Under the pieces are notes generated by a model. That model was given only the letters and a program-made list of their open reading frames with translations. It was not told the origin of the DNA and did no database searches. This document shows positions 7,249 through 19,499 of a DNA stretch of 22,197 bases, in pieces. How positions within the stretch are numbered: the first letter of the stretch is position 1; each line of letters begins with the position of its first letter. Made by a program: the position numbers and the translations under genes. This DNA comes from Azolla caroliniana (taxonomy: Eukaryota; Plantae; Polypodiophyta): NCBI GenBank assembly GCA_043228905.1, contig JBHGNT010000506.1, forward strand, positions 1 to 22,197, read 5' to 3'.

Positions 7249-8019
7249 TTAGAAGCGACGAATACAAGCACGAGGGCGAAGATCGCACTGTTGGAGTAGG
7301 CGGGAGGCGGCGACGCCTAGAGCTCTTTCCTCGTCATCGGCCTTGAATTGGCGACGTTGTTGACGTTCGTCCTCTTGTCGTCGAGACATGCGGTGGCGGC
7401 GTTCGTCACCCTCTCGTCGCTCACGGCTGCTATCTCTCTCGCGCTCCTCGTCCTCTTCCTCCCAGCTACGGTGTTCCCTTGATTGTTGGCCATGGCGTCG
7501 GCCTTCATCATTGCGTCGTTCCTCCTCGTCAGCATACAAGGCATCACGTAGGCGATCGCATCGATCTTCGGCGGGGATTCGTTCGACGTTCCTGCAGCAC
7601 CGTTCCGAGGGTCTTGAGTATCGAGTGTTTTCGATCCATGGGGAGCGACGTCCTTGTTCACCTTCCTCTCTTTCGGAGCGCTCTTGTAGCTCTCGGATCT
7701 GCTTGTCGATGAAATCACCGCACTCTCGCCTCAGTTCCTCGTCACGTGGCTCATCGCGACCACGGCTACGACGTTCCCTTTCCTCTTCGGAGTCTCTCTT
7801 GTTGTCTCTGTAGCGGCGCCCCTCCTCAAGGAACCCCTCACGACGTCGCTCGCACTCCCCCTCTCGGCGTCGATCGCGCCTCTCCTCGTCAATGTCTCCC
7901 TCACGACGTCGATCGCGTCGCTCCTCTTCACGGTCCCGCCCTACAGACCTAGCATTGGCCGCGGTACACGCGGCGAGCATGATCACGGCCATGAGGAATA
8001 CGGAAGTAAGCTTTGCCAT
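7249..8019 (-). CDS. 2S albumin-like Arg/Glu-rich storage protein precursor, copy 5
   Basis: Translation identical to copy 1. Confidence 0.85.
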   Translation of the reverse strand: MAKLTSVFLMAVIMLAACTAANARSVGRDREEERRDRRREGDIDEERRDRRREGECERRREGFLEEGRRYRDNKRDSEEERERRSRGRDEPRDEELRRECGDFIDKQIRELQERSEREEGEQGRRSPWIENTRYSRPSERCCRNVERIPAEDRCDRLRDALYADEEERRNDEGRRHGQQSREHRSWEEEDEERERDSSRERREGDERRHRMSRRQEDERQQRRQFKADDEERALGVAASRLLQQCDLRPRACIRRF

Positions 8020-8888
8020 TGCGATTGTCCTTATGATCCCGGTGCTTGTCTCCTAATGGATTGTATTGACATTGCTCCCTCCACCTTTAATATATACACA
8101 TGGCCATGCAATCAGAGCACATGCATGTCACTCACCACTCCCATTACCATAACGTGTGTGTCCTGCGTACAACTCTTGCCCAAGACCCATACCAACTAGT
8201 CCACCCTCCCACACGTCTAGGCTAGTCCTAGGTGTCGTATTGTCACCAGACAATCTGGGCGCAACCTGTAGCGGGTACTCCTCCTCCTCGCGCGAGAGCT
8301 TGTCGAGCAACATAACATTTATACATACATAGGTAAATGTGCGCACTCGCGCGTGCGCGTAGGGGTGTGCGGGCACGTGCACATTAAACTAGAACGCGCT
8401 AGTGCCGAGACACTAAGCACGCGGAGGCTACTGCGGGACGAGTGGTGGCTCCCGAGTGTGCTACATCGATGAACGTAGATAGACCGGTGTCCGTACTCGC
8501 TCGTTCGGACGGACGAGGGGTTGGTAACGACGACGACAAGGAAAGCTAACCGGACTACCACACTAGGAGTGTCCTATCGGGCAAGTGTGGAAGCAAGTTC
8601 ACATTCGCCGCGTGTACAAGTTGACCTTAGCCTTAGCCGTTGCCGTGGCGTGTGCGGTATGGGTGTCCTGCTTTGATGTTTTCTTTTCCGTTTGGGTGGT
8701 TTGCGGTCCCTATAGGCAAATTCTATGCGTTGGTGCTCGTGTTTACGTTCGTGTTGGAGGGACGTTGGTGCTCGTGTTTACGTTCGTGTGGGTGTAATGC
8801 GCGATTGGGGAGACGCACTTGTTCGTAAACACTTACGAGAAATTAGAGAGAGACCACGAGAATAATTTGAACAAGGTTTATGTACTAT

Positions 8889-9659
8889 TTAGAAGCGACG
8901 AATACAAGCACGAGGGCGAAGATCGCACTGTTGGAGTAGGCGGGAGGCGGCGACGCCTAGAGCTCTTTCCTCGTCATCGGCCTTGAATTGGCGACGTTGT
9001 TGACGTTCGTCCTCTTGTCGTCGAGACATGCGGTGGCGGCGTTCGTCACCCTCTCGTCGCTCACGGCTGCTATCTCTCTCGCGCTCCTCGTCCTCTTCCT
9101 CCCAGCTACGGTGTTCCCTTGATTGTTGGCCATGGCGTCGGCCTTCATCATTGCGTCGTTCCTCCTCGTCAGCATACAAGGCATCACGTAGGCGATCGCA
9201 TCGATCTTCGGCGGGGATTCGTTCGACGTTCCTGCAGCACCGTTCCGAGGGTCTTGAGTATCGAGTGTTTTCGATCCATGGGGAGCGACGTCCTTGTTCA
9301 CCTTCCTCTCTTTCGGAGCGCTCTTGTAGCTCTCGGATCTGCTTGTCGATGAAATCACCGCACTCTCGCCTCAGTTCCTCGTCACGTGGCTCATCGCGAC
9401 CACGGCTACGACGTTCCCTTTCCTCTTCGGAGTCTCTCTTGTTGTCTCTGTAGCGGCGCCCCTCCTCAAGGAACCCCTCACGACGTCGCTCGCACTCCCC
9501 CTCTCGGCGTCGATCGCGCCTCTCCTCGTCAATGTCTCCCTCACGACGTCGATCGCGTCGCTCCTCTTCACGGTCCCGCCCTACAGACCTAGCATTGGCC
9601 GCGGTACACGCGGCGAGCATGATCACGGCCATGAGGAATACGGAAGTAAGCTTTGCCAT
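8889..9659 (-). CDS. 2S albumin-like Arg/Glu-rich storage protein precursor, copy 6
   Basis: Translation identical to copy 1. Confidence 0.85.
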   Translation of the reverse strand: MAKLTSVFLMAVIMLAACTAANARSVGRDREEERRDRRREGDIDEERRDRRREGECERRREGFLEEGRRYRDNKRDSEEERERRSRGRDEPRDEELRRECGDFIDKQIRELQERSEREEGEQGRRSPWIENTRYSRPSERCCRNVERIPAEDRCDRLRDALYADEEERRNDEGRRHGQQSREHRSWEEEDEERERDSSRERREGDERRHRMSRRQEDERQQRRQFKADDEERALGVAASRLLQQCDLRPRACIRRF

Positions 9660-10528
9660 TGCGATTGTCCTTATGATCCCGGTGCTTGTCTCCTAATGGA
9701 TTGTATTGACATTGCTCCCTCCACCTTTAATATATACACATGGCCATGCAATCAGAGCACATGCATGTCACTCACCACTCCCATTACCATAACGTGTGTG
9801 TCCTGCGTACAACTCTTGCCCAAGACCCATACCAACTAGTCCACCCTCCCACACGTCTAGGCTAGTCCTAGGTGTCGTATTGTCACCAGACAATCTGGGC
9901 GCAACCTGTAGCGGGTACTCCTCCTCCTCGCGCGAGAGCTTGTCGAGCAACATAACATTTATACATACATAGGTAAATGTGCGCACTCGCGCGTGCGCGT
10001 AGGGGTGTGCGGGCACGTGCACATTAAACTAGAACGCGCTAGTGCCGAGACACTAAGCACGCGGAGGCTACTGCGGGACGAGTGGTGGCTCCCGAGTGTG
10101 CTACATCGATGAACGTAGATAGACCGGTGTCCGTACTCGCTCGTTCGGACGGACGAGGGGTTGGTAACGACGACGACAAGGAAAGCTAACCGGACTACCA
10201 CACTAGGAGTGTCCTATCGGGCAAGTGTGGAAGCAAGTTCACATTCGCCGCGTGTACAAGTTGACCTTAGCCTTAGCCGTTGCCGTGGCGTGTGCGGTAT
10301 GGGTGTCCTGCTTTGATGTTTTCTTTTCCGTTTGGGTGGTTTGCGGTCCCTATAGGCAAATTCTATGCGTTGGTGCTCGTGTTTACGTTCGTGTTGGAGG
10401 GACGTTGGTGCTCGTGTTTACGTTCGTGTGGGTGTAATGCGCGATTGGGGAGACGCACTTGTTCGTAAACACTTACGAGAAATTAGAGAGAGACCACGAG
10501 AATAATTTGAACAAGGTTTATGTACTAT

Positions 10529-11299
10529 TTAGAAGCGACGAATACAAGCACGAGGGCGAAGATCGCACTGTTGGAGTAGGCGGGAGGCGGCGACGCCTAG
10601 AGCTCTTTCCTCGTCATCGGCCTTGAATTGGCGACGTTGTTGACGTTCGTCCTCTTGTCGTCGAGACATGCGGTGGCGGCGTTCGTCACCCTCTCGTCGC
10701 TCACGGCTGCTATCTCTCTCGCGCTCCTCGTCCTCTTCCTCCCAGCTACGGTGTTCCCTTGATTGTTGGCCATGGCGTCGGCCTTCATCATTGCGTCGTT
10801 CCTCCTCGTCAGCATACAAGGCATCACGTAGGCGATCGCATCGATCTTCGGCGGGGATTCGTTCGACGTTCCTGCAGCACCGTTCCGAGGGTCTTGAGTA
10901 TCGAGTGTTTTCGATCCATGGGGAGCGACGTCCTTGTTCACCTTCCTCTCTTTCGGAGCGCTCTTGTAGCTCTCGGATCTGCTTGTCGATGAAATCACCG
11001 CACTCTCGCCTCAGTTCCTCGTCACGTGGCTCATCGCGACCACGGCTACGACGTTCCCTTTCCTCTTCGGAGTCTCTCTTGTTGTCTCTGTAGCGGCGCC
11101 CCTCCTCAAGGAACCCCTCACGACGTCGCTCGCACTCCCCCTCTCGGCGTCGATCGCGCCTCTCCTCGTCAATGTCTCCCTCACGACGTCGATCGCGTCG
11201 CTCCTCTTCACGGTCCCGCCCTACAGACCTAGCATTGGCCGCGGTACACGCGGCGAGCATGATCACGGCCATGAGGAATACGGAAGTAAGCTTTGCCAT
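10529..11299 (-). CDS. 2S albumin-like Arg/Glu-rich storage protein precursor, copy 7
   Basis: Translation identical to copy 1. Confidence 0.85.
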   Translation of the reverse strand: MAKLTSVFLMAVIMLAACTAANARSVGRDREEERRDRRREGDIDEERRDRRREGECERRREGFLEEGRRYRDNKRDSEEERERRSRGRDEPRDEELRRECGDFIDKQIRELQERSEREEGEQGRRSPWIENTRYSRPSERCCRNVERIPAEDRCDRLRDALYADEEERRNDEGRRHGQQSREHRSWEEEDEERERDSSRERREGDERRHRMSRRQEDERQQRRQFKADDEERALGVAASRLLQQCDLRPRACIRRF

Positions 11300-12168
11300 T
11301 GCGATTGTCCTTATGATCCCGGTGCTTGTCTCCTAATGGATTGTATTGACATTGCTCCCTCCACCTTTAATATATACACATGGCCATGCAATCAGAGCAC
11401 ATGCATGTCACTCACCACTCCCATTACCATAACGTGTGTGTCCTGCGTACAACTCTTGCCCAAGACCCATACCAACTAGTCCACCCTCCCACACGTCTAG
11501 GCTAGTCCTAGGTGTCGTATTGTCACCAGACAATCTGGGCGCAACCTGTAGCGGGTACTCCTCCTCCTCGCGCGAGAGCTTGTCGAGCAACATAACATTT
11601 TATACATACTAGGTAAATGTGCGCACTCGCGCGTGCGCGTAGGGGTGTGCGGGCACGTGCACATTAAACTAGAACGCGCTAGTGCCGAGACACTAAGCAC
11701 GCGGAGGCTACTGCGGGACGAGTGGTGGCTCCCGAGTGTGCTACATCGATGAACGTAGATAGACCGGTGTCCGTACTCGCTCGTTCGGACGGACGAGGGG
11801 TTGGTAACGACGACGACAAGGAAAGCTAACCGGACTACCACACTAGGAGTGTCCTATCGGGCAAGTGTGGAAGCAAGTTCACATTCGCCGCGTGTACAAG
11901 TTGACCTTAGCCTTAGCCGTTGCCGTGGCGTGTGCGGTATGGGTGTCCTGCTTTGATGTTTTCTTTTCCGTTTGGGTGGTTTGCGGTCCCTATAGGCAAA
12001 TTCTATGCGTTGGTGCTCGTGTTTACGTTCGTGTTGGAGGGACGTTGGTGCTCGTGTTTACGTTCGTGTGGGTGTAATGCGCGATTGGGGAGACGCACTT
12101 GTTCGTAAACACTTACGAGAAATTAGAGAGAGACCACGAGAATAATTTGAACAAGGTTTATGTACTAT

Positions 12169-12939
12169 TTAGAAGCGACGAATACAAGCACGAGGGCGAA
12201 GATCGCACTGTTGGAGTAGGCGGGAGGCGGCGACGCCTAGAGCTCTTTCCTCGTCATCGGCCTTGAATTGGCGACGTTGTTGACGTTCGTCCTCTTGTCG
12301 TCGAGACATGCGGTGGCGGCGTTCGTCACCCTCTCGTCGCTCACGGCTGCTATCTCTCTCGCGCTCCTCGTCCTCTTCCTCCCAGCTACGGTGTTCCCTT
12401 GATTGTTGGCCATGGCGTCGGCCTTCATCATTGCGTCGTTCCTCCTCGTCAGCATACAAGGCATCACGTAGGCGATCGCATCGATCTTCGGCGGGGATTC
12501 GTTCGACGTTCCTGCAGCACCGTTCCGAGGGTCTTGAGTATCGAGTGTTTTCGATCCATGGGGAGCGACGTCCTTGTTCACCTTCCTCTCTTTCGGAGCG
12601 CTCTTGTAGCTCTCGGATCTGCTTGTCGATGAAATCACCGCACTCTCGCCTCAGTTCCTCGTCACGTGGCTCATCGCGACCACGGCTACGACGTTCCCTT
12701 TCCTCTTCGGAGTCTCTCTTGTTGTCTCTGTAGCGGCGCCCCTCCTCAAGGAACCCCTCACGACGTCGCTCGCACTCCCCCTCTCGGCGTCGATCGCGCC
12801 TCTCCTCGTCAATGTCTCCCTCACGACGTCGATCGCGTCGCTCCTCTTCACGGTCCCGCCCTACAGACCTAGCATTGGCCGCGGTACACGCGGCGAGCAT
12901 GATCACGGCCATGAGGAATACGGAAGTAAGCTTTGCCAT
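12169..12939 (-). CDS. 2S albumin-like Arg/Glu-rich storage protein precursor, copy 8
   Basis: Translation identical to copy 1. Confidence 0.85.
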   Translation of the reverse strand: MAKLTSVFLMAVIMLAACTAANARSVGRDREEERRDRRREGDIDEERRDRRREGECERRREGFLEEGRRYRDNKRDSEEERERRSRGRDEPRDEELRRECGDFIDKQIRELQERSEREEGEQGRRSPWIENTRYSRPSERCCRNVERIPAEDRCDRLRDALYADEEERRNDEGRRHGQQSREHRSWEEEDEERERDSSRERREGDERRHRMSRRQEDERQQRRQFKADDEERALGVAASRLLQQCDLRPRACIRRF

Positions 12940-13808
12940 TGCGATTGTCCTTATGATCCCGGTGCTTGTCTCCTAATGGATTGTATTGACATTGCTCCCT
13001 CCACCTTTAATATATACACATGGCCATGCAATCAGAGCACATGCATGTCACTCACCACTCCCATTACCATAACGTGTGTGTCCTGCGTACAACTCTTGCC
13101 CAAGACCCATACCAACTAGTCCACCCTCCCACACGTCTAGGCTAGTCCTAGGTGTCGTATTGTCACCAGACAATCTGGGCGCAACCTGTAGCGGGTACTC
13201 CTCCTCCTCGCGCGAGAGCTTGTCGAGCAACATAACATTTATACATACATAGGTAAATGTGCGCACTCGCGCGTGCGCGTAGGGGTGTGCGGGCACGTGC
13301 ACATTAAACTAGAACGCGCTAGTGCCGAGACACTAAGCACGCGGAGGCTACTGCGGGACGAGTGGTGGCTCCCGAGTGTGCTACATCGATGAACGTAGAT
13401 AGACCGGTGTCCGTACTCGCTCGTTCGGACGGACGAGGGGTTGGTAACGACGACGACAAGGAAAGCTAACCGGACTACCACACTAGGAGTGTCCTATCGG
13501 GCAAGTGTGGAAGCAAGTTCACATTCGCCGCGTGTACAAGTTGACCTTAGCCTTAGCCGTTGCCGTGGCGTGTGCGGTATGGGTGTCCTGCTTTGATGTT
13601 TTCTTTTCCGTTTGGGTGGTTTGCGGTCCCTATAGGCAAATTCTATGCGTTGGTGCTCGTGTTTACGTTCGTGTTGGAGGGACGTTGGTGCTCGTGTTTA
13701 CGTTCGTGTGGGTGTAATGCGCGATTGGGGAGACGCACTTGTTCGTAAACACTTACGAGAAATTAGAGAGAGACCACGAGAATAATTTGAACAAGGTTTA
13801 TGTACTAT

Positions 13809-14579
13809 TTAGAAGCGACGAATACAAGCACGAGGGCGAAGATCGCACTGTTGGAGTAGGCGGGAGGCGGCGACGCCTAGAGCTCTTTCCTCGTCATCGG
13901 CCTTGAATTGGCGACGTTGTTGACGTTCGTCCTCTTGTCGTCGAGACATGCGGTGGCGGCGTTCGTCACCCTCTCGTCGCTCACGGCTGCTATCTCTCTC
14001 GCGCTCCTCGTCCTCTTCCTCCCAGCTACGGTGTTCCCTTGATTGTTGGCCATGGCGTCGGCCTTCATCATTGCGTCGTTCCTCCTCGTCAGCATACAAG
14101 GCATCACGTAGGCGATCGCATCGATCTTCGGCGGGGATTCGTTCGACGTTCCTGCAGCACCGTTCCGAGGGTCTTGAGTATCGAGTGTTTTCGATCCATG
14201 GGGAGCGACGTCCTTGTTCACCTTCCTCTCTTTCGGAGCGCTCTTGTAGCTCTCGGATCTGCTTGTCGATGAAATCACCGCACTCTCGCCTCAGTTCCTC
14301 GTCACGTGGCTCATCGCGACCACGGCTACGACGTTCCCTTTCCTCTTCGGAGTCTCTCTTGTTGTCTCTGTAGCGGCGCCCCTCCTCAAGGAACCCCTCA
14401 CGACGTCGCTCGCACTCCCCCTCTCGGCGTCGATCGCGCCTCTCCTCGTCAATGTCTCCCTCACGACGTCGATCGCGTCGCTCCTCTTCACGGTCCCGCC
14501 CTACAGACCTAGCATTGGCCGCGGTACACGCGGCGAGCATGATCACGGCCATGAGGAATACGGAAGTAAGCTTTGCCAT
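13809..14579 (-). CDS. 2S albumin-like Arg/Glu-rich storage protein precursor, copy 9
   Basis: Translation identical to copy 1. Confidence 0.85.
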   Translation of the reverse strand: MAKLTSVFLMAVIMLAACTAANARSVGRDREEERRDRRREGDIDEERRDRRREGECERRREGFLEEGRRYRDNKRDSEEERERRSRGRDEPRDEELRRECGDFIDKQIRELQERSEREEGEQGRRSPWIENTRYSRPSERCCRNVERIPAEDRCDRLRDALYADEEERRNDEGRRHGQQSREHRSWEEEDEERERDSSRERREGDERRHRMSRRQEDERQQRRQFKADDEERALGVAASRLLQQCDLRPRACIRRF

Positions 14580-15448
14580 TGCGATTGTCCTTATGATCCC
14601 GGTGCTTGTCTCCTAATGGATTGTATTGACATTGCTCCCTCCACCTTTAATATATACACATGGCCATGCAATCAGAGCACATGCATGTCACTCACCACTC
14701 CCATTACCATAACGTGTGTGTCCTGCGTACAACTCTTGCCCAAGACCCATACCAACTAGTCCACCCTCCCACACGTCTAGGCTAGTCCTAGGTGTCGTAT
14801 TGTCACCAGACAATCTGGGCGCAACCTGTAGCGGGTACTCCTCCTCCTCGCGCGAGAGCTTGTCGAGCAACATAACATTTATACATACATAGGTAAATGT
14901 GCGCACTCGCGCGTGCGCGTAGGGGTGTGCGGGCACGTGCACATTAAACTAGAACGCGCTAGTGCCGAGACACTAAGCACGCGGAGGCTACTGCGGGACG
15001 AGTGGTGGCTCCCGAGTGTGCTACATCGATGAACGTAGATAGACCGGTGTCCGTACTCGCTCGTTCGGACGGACGAGGGGTTGGTAACGACGACGACAAG
15101 GAAAGCTAACCGGACTACCACACTAGGAGTGTCCTATCGGGCAAGTGTGGAAGCAAGTTCACATTCGCCGCGTGTACAAGTTGACCTTAGCCTTAGCCGT
15201 TGCCGTGGCGTGTGCGGTATGGGTGTCCTGCTTTGATGTTTTCTTTTCCGTTTGGGTGGTTTGCGGTCCCTATAGGCAAATTCTATGCGTTGGTGCTCGT
15301 GTTTACGTTCGTGTTGGAGGGACGTTGGTGCTCGTGTTTACGTTCGTGTGGGTGTAATGCGCGATTGGGGAGACGCACTTGTTCGTAAACACTTACGAGA
15401 AATTAGAGAGAGACCACGAGAATAATTTGAACAAGGTTTATGTACTAT

Positions 15449-16219
15449 TTAGAAGCGACGAATACAAGCACGAGGGCGAAGATCGCACTGTTGGAGTAGG
15501 CGGGAGGCGGCGACGCCTAGAGCTCTTTCCTCGTCATCGGCCTTGAATTGGCGACGTTGTTGACGTTCGTCCTCTTGTCGTCGAGACATGCGGTGGCGGC
15601 GTTCGTCACCCTCTCGTCGCTCACGGCTGCTATCTCTCTCGCGCTCCTCGTCCTCTTCCTCCCAGCTACGGTGTTCCCTTGATTGTTGGCCATGGCGTCG
15701 GCCTTCATCATTGCGTCGTTCCTCCTCGTCAGCATACAAGGCATCACGTAGGCGATCGCATCGATCTTCGGCGGGGATTCGTTCGACGTTCCTGCAGCAC
15801 CGTTCCGAGGGTCTTGAGTATCGAGTGTTTTCGATCCATGGGGAGCGACGTCCTTGTTCACCTTCCTCTCTTTCGGAGCGCTCTTGTAGCTCTCGGATCT
15901 GCTTGTCGATGAAATCACCGCACTCTCGCCTCAGTTCCTCGTCACGTGGCTCATCGCGACCACGGCTACGACGTTCCCTTTCCTCTTCGGAGTCTCTCTT
16001 GTTGTCTCTGTAGCGGCGCCCCTCCTCAAGGAACCCCTCACGACGTCGCTCGCACTCCCCCTCTCGGCGTCGATCGCGCCTCTCCTCGTCAATGTCTCCC
16101 TCACGACGTCGATCGCGTCGCTCCTCTTCACGGTCCCGCCCTACAGACCTAGCATTGGCCGCGGTACACGCGGCGAGCATGATCACGGCCATGAGGAATA
16201 CGGAAGTAAGCTTTGCCAT
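15449..16219 (-). CDS. 2S albumin-like Arg/Glu-rich storage protein precursor, copy 10
   Basis: Translation identical to copy 1. Confidence 0.85.
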   Translation of the reverse strand: MAKLTSVFLMAVIMLAACTAANARSVGRDREEERRDRRREGDIDEERRDRRREGECERRREGFLEEGRRYRDNKRDSEEERERRSRGRDEPRDEELRRECGDFIDKQIRELQERSEREEGEQGRRSPWIENTRYSRPSERCCRNVERIPAEDRCDRLRDALYADEEERRNDEGRRHGQQSREHRSWEEEDEERERDSSRERREGDERRHRMSRRQEDERQQRRQFKADDEERALGVAASRLLQQCDLRPRACIRRF

Positions 16220-17088
16220 TGCGATTGTCCTTATGATCCCGGTGCTTGTCTCCTAATGGATTGTATTGACATTGCTCCCTCCACCTTTAATATATACACA
16301 TGGCCATGCAATCAGAGCACATGCATGTCACTCACCACTCCCATTACCATAACGTGTGTGTCCTGCGTACAACTCTTGCCCAAGACCCATACCAACTAGT
16401 CCACCCTCCCACACGTCTAGGCTAGTCCTAGGTGTCGTATTGTCACCAGACAATCTGGGCGCAACCTGTAGCGGGTACTCCTCCTCCTCGCGCGAGAGCT
16501 TGTCGAGCAACATAACATTTATACATACATAGGTAAATGTGCGCACTCGCGCGTGCGCGTAGGGGTGTGCGGGCACGTGCACATTAAACTAGAACGCGCT
16601 AGTGCCGAGACACTAAGCACGCGGAGGCTACTGCGGGACGAGTGGTGGCTCCCGAGTGTGCTACATCGATGAACGTAGATAGACCGGTGTCCGTACTCGC
16701 TCGTTCGGACGGACGAGGGGTTGGTAACGACGACGACAAGGAAAGCTAACCGGACTACCACACTAGGAGTGTCCTATCGGGCAAGTGTGGAAGCAAGTTC
16801 ACATTCGCCGTGTGTACAAGTTGACCTTAGCCTTAGCCGTTGCCGTGGCGTGTGCGGTATGGGTGTCCTGCTTTGATGTTTTTTTTTCCGTTTGGGTGGT
16901 TTGCGGTCCCTATAGGCAAATTCTATGCGTTGGTGCTCGTGTTTACGTTCGTGTTGGAGGGACGTTGGTGCTCGTGTTTACGTTCGTGTGGGTGTAATGC
17001 GCGATTGGGGAGACGCACTTGTTCGTAAACACTTACGAGAAATTAGAGAGAGACCACGAGAATAATTTGAACAAGGTTTATGTACTAT

Positions 17089-17859
17089 TTAGAAGCGACG
17101 AATACAAGCACGAGGGCGAAGATCGCACTGTTGGAGTAGGCGGGAGGCGGCGACGCCTAGAGCTCTTTCCTCGTCATCGGCCTTGAATTGGCGACGTTGT
17201 TGACGTTCGTCCTCTTGTCGTCGAGACATGCGGTGGCGGCGTTCGTCACCCTCTCGTCGCTCACGGCTGCTATCTCTCTCGCGCTCCTCGTCCTCTTCCT
17301 CCCAGCTACGGTGTTCCCTTGATTGTTGGCCATGGCGTCGGCCTTCATCATTGCGTCGTTCCTCCTCGTCAGCATACAAGGCATCACGTAGGCGATCGCA
17401 TCGATCTTCGGCGGGGATTCGTTCGACGTTCCTGCAGCACCGTTCCGAGGGTCTTGAGTATCGAGTGTTTTCGATCCATGGGGAGCGACGTCCTTGTTCA
17501 CCTTCCTCTCTTTCGGAGCGCTCTTGTAGCTCTCGGATCTGCTTGTCGATGAAATCACCGCACTCTCGCCTCAGTTCCTCGTCACGTGGCTCATCGCGAC
17601 CACGGCTACGACGTTCCCTTTCCTCTTCGGAGTCTCTCTTGTTGTCTCTGTAGCGGCGCCCCTCCTCAAGGAACCCCTCACGACGTCGCTCGCACTCCCC
17701 CTCTCGGCGTCGATCGCGCCTCTCCTCGTCAATGTCTCCCTCACGACGTCGATCGCGTCGCTCCTCTTCACGGTCCCGCCCTACAGACCTAGCATTGGCC
17801 GCGGTACACGCGGCGAGCATGATCACGGCCATGAGGAATACGGAAGTAAGCTTTGCCAT
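17089..17859 (-). CDS. 2S albumin-like Arg/Glu-rich storage protein precursor, copy 11
   Basis: Translation identical to copy 1. Confidence 0.85.
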   Translation of the reverse strand: MAKLTSVFLMAVIMLAACTAANARSVGRDREEERRDRRREGDIDEERRDRRREGECERRREGFLEEGRRYRDNKRDSEEERERRSRGRDEPRDEELRRECGDFIDKQIRELQERSEREEGEQGRRSPWIENTRYSRPSERCCRNVERIPAEDRCDRLRDALYADEEERRNDEGRRHGQQSREHRSWEEEDEERERDSSRERREGDERRHRMSRRQEDERQQRRQFKADDEERALGVAASRLLQQCDLRPRACIRRF

Positions 17860-18728
17860 TGCGATTGTCCTTATGATCCCGGTGCTTGTCTCCTAATGGA
17901 TTGTATTGACATTGCTCCCTCCACCTTTAATATATACACATGGCCATGCAATCAGAGCACATGCATGTCACTCACCACTCCCATTACCATAACGTGTGTG
18001 TCCTGCGTACAACTCTTGCCCAAGACCCATACCAACTAGTCCACCCTCCCACACGTCTAGGCTAGTCCTAGGTGTCGTATTGTCACCAGACAATCTGGGC
18101 GCAACCTGTAGCGGGTACTCCTCCTCCTCGCGCGAGAGCTTGTCGAGCAACATAACATTTATACATACATAGGTAAATGTGCGCACTCGCGCGTGCGCGT
18201 AGGGGTGTGCGGGCACGTGCACATTAAACTAGAACGCGCTAGTGCCGAGACACTAAGCACGCGGAGGCTACTGCGGGACGAGTGGTGGCTCCCGAGTGTG
18301 CTACATCGATGAACGTAGATAGACCGGTGTCCGTACTCGCTCGTTCGGACGGACGAGGGGTTGGTAACGACGACGACAAGGAAAGCTAACCGGACTACCA
18401 CACTAGGAGTGTCCTATCGGGCAAGTGTGGAAGCAAGTTCACATTCGCCGCGTGTACAAGTTGACCTTAGCCTTAGCCGTTGCCGTGGCGTGTGCGGTAT
18501 GGGTGTCCTGCTTTGATGTTTTCTTTTCCGTTTGGGTGGTTTGCGGTCCCTATAGGCAAATTCTATGCGTTGGTGCTCGTGTTTACGTTCGTGTTGGAGG
18601 GACGTTGGTGCTCGTGTTTACGTTCGTGTGGGTGTAATGCGCGATTGGGGAGACGCACTTGTTCGTAAACACTTACGAGAAATTAGAGAGAGACCACGAG
18701 AATAATTTGAACAAGGTTTATGTACTAT

Positions 18729-19499
18729 TTAGAAGCGACGAATACAAGCACGAGGGCGAAGATCGCACTGTTGGAGTAGGCGGGAGGCGGCGACGCCTAG
18801 AGCTCTTTCCTCGTCATCGGCCTTGAATTGGCGACGTTGTTGACGTTCGTCCTCTTGTCGTCGAGACATGCGGTGGCGGCGTTCGTCACCCTCTCGTCGC
18901 TCACGGCTGCTATCTCTCTCGCGCTCCTCGTCCTCTTCCTCCCAGCTACGGTGTTCCCTTGATTGTTGGCCATGGCGTCGGCCTTCATCATTGCGTCGTT
19001 CCTCCTCGTCAGCATACAAGGCATCACGTAGGCGATCGCATCGATCTTCGGCGGGGATTCGTTCGACGTTCCTGCAGCACCGTTCCGAGGGTCTTGAGTA
19101 TCGAGTGTTTTCGATCCATGGGGAGCGACGTCCTTGTTCACCTTCCTCTCTTTCGGAGCGCTCTTGTAGCTCTCGGATCTGCTTGTCGATGAAATCACCG
19201 CACTCTCGCCTCAGTTCCTCGTCACGTGGCTCATCGCGACCACGGCTACGACGTTCCCTTTCCTCTTCGGAGTCTCTCTTGTTGTCTCTGTAGCGGCGCC
19301 CCTCCTCAAGGAACCCCTCACGACGTCGCTCGCACTCCCCCTCTCGGCGTCGATCGCGCCTCTCCTCGTCAATGTCTCCCTCACGACGTCGATCGCGTCG
19401 CTCCTCTTCACGGTCCCGCCCTACAGACCTAGCATTGGCCGCGGTACACGCGGCGAGCATGATCACGGCCATGAGGAATACGGAAGTAAGCTTTGCCAT
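18729..19499 (-). CDS. 2S albumin-like Arg/Glu-rich storage protein precursor, copy 12
   Basis: Translation identical to copy 1. Confidence 0.85.
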   Translation of the reverse strand: MAKLTSVFLMAVIMLAACTAANARSVGRDREEERRDRRREGDIDEERRDRRREGECERRREGFLEEGRRYRDNKRDSEEERERRSRGRDEPRDEELRRECGDFIDKQIRELQERSEREEGEQGRRSPWIENTRYSRPSERCCRNVERIPAEDRCDRLRDALYADEEERRNDEGRRHGQQSREHRSWEEEDEERERDSSRERREGDERRHRMSRRQEDERQQRRQFKADDEERALGVAASRLLQQCDLRPRACIRRF

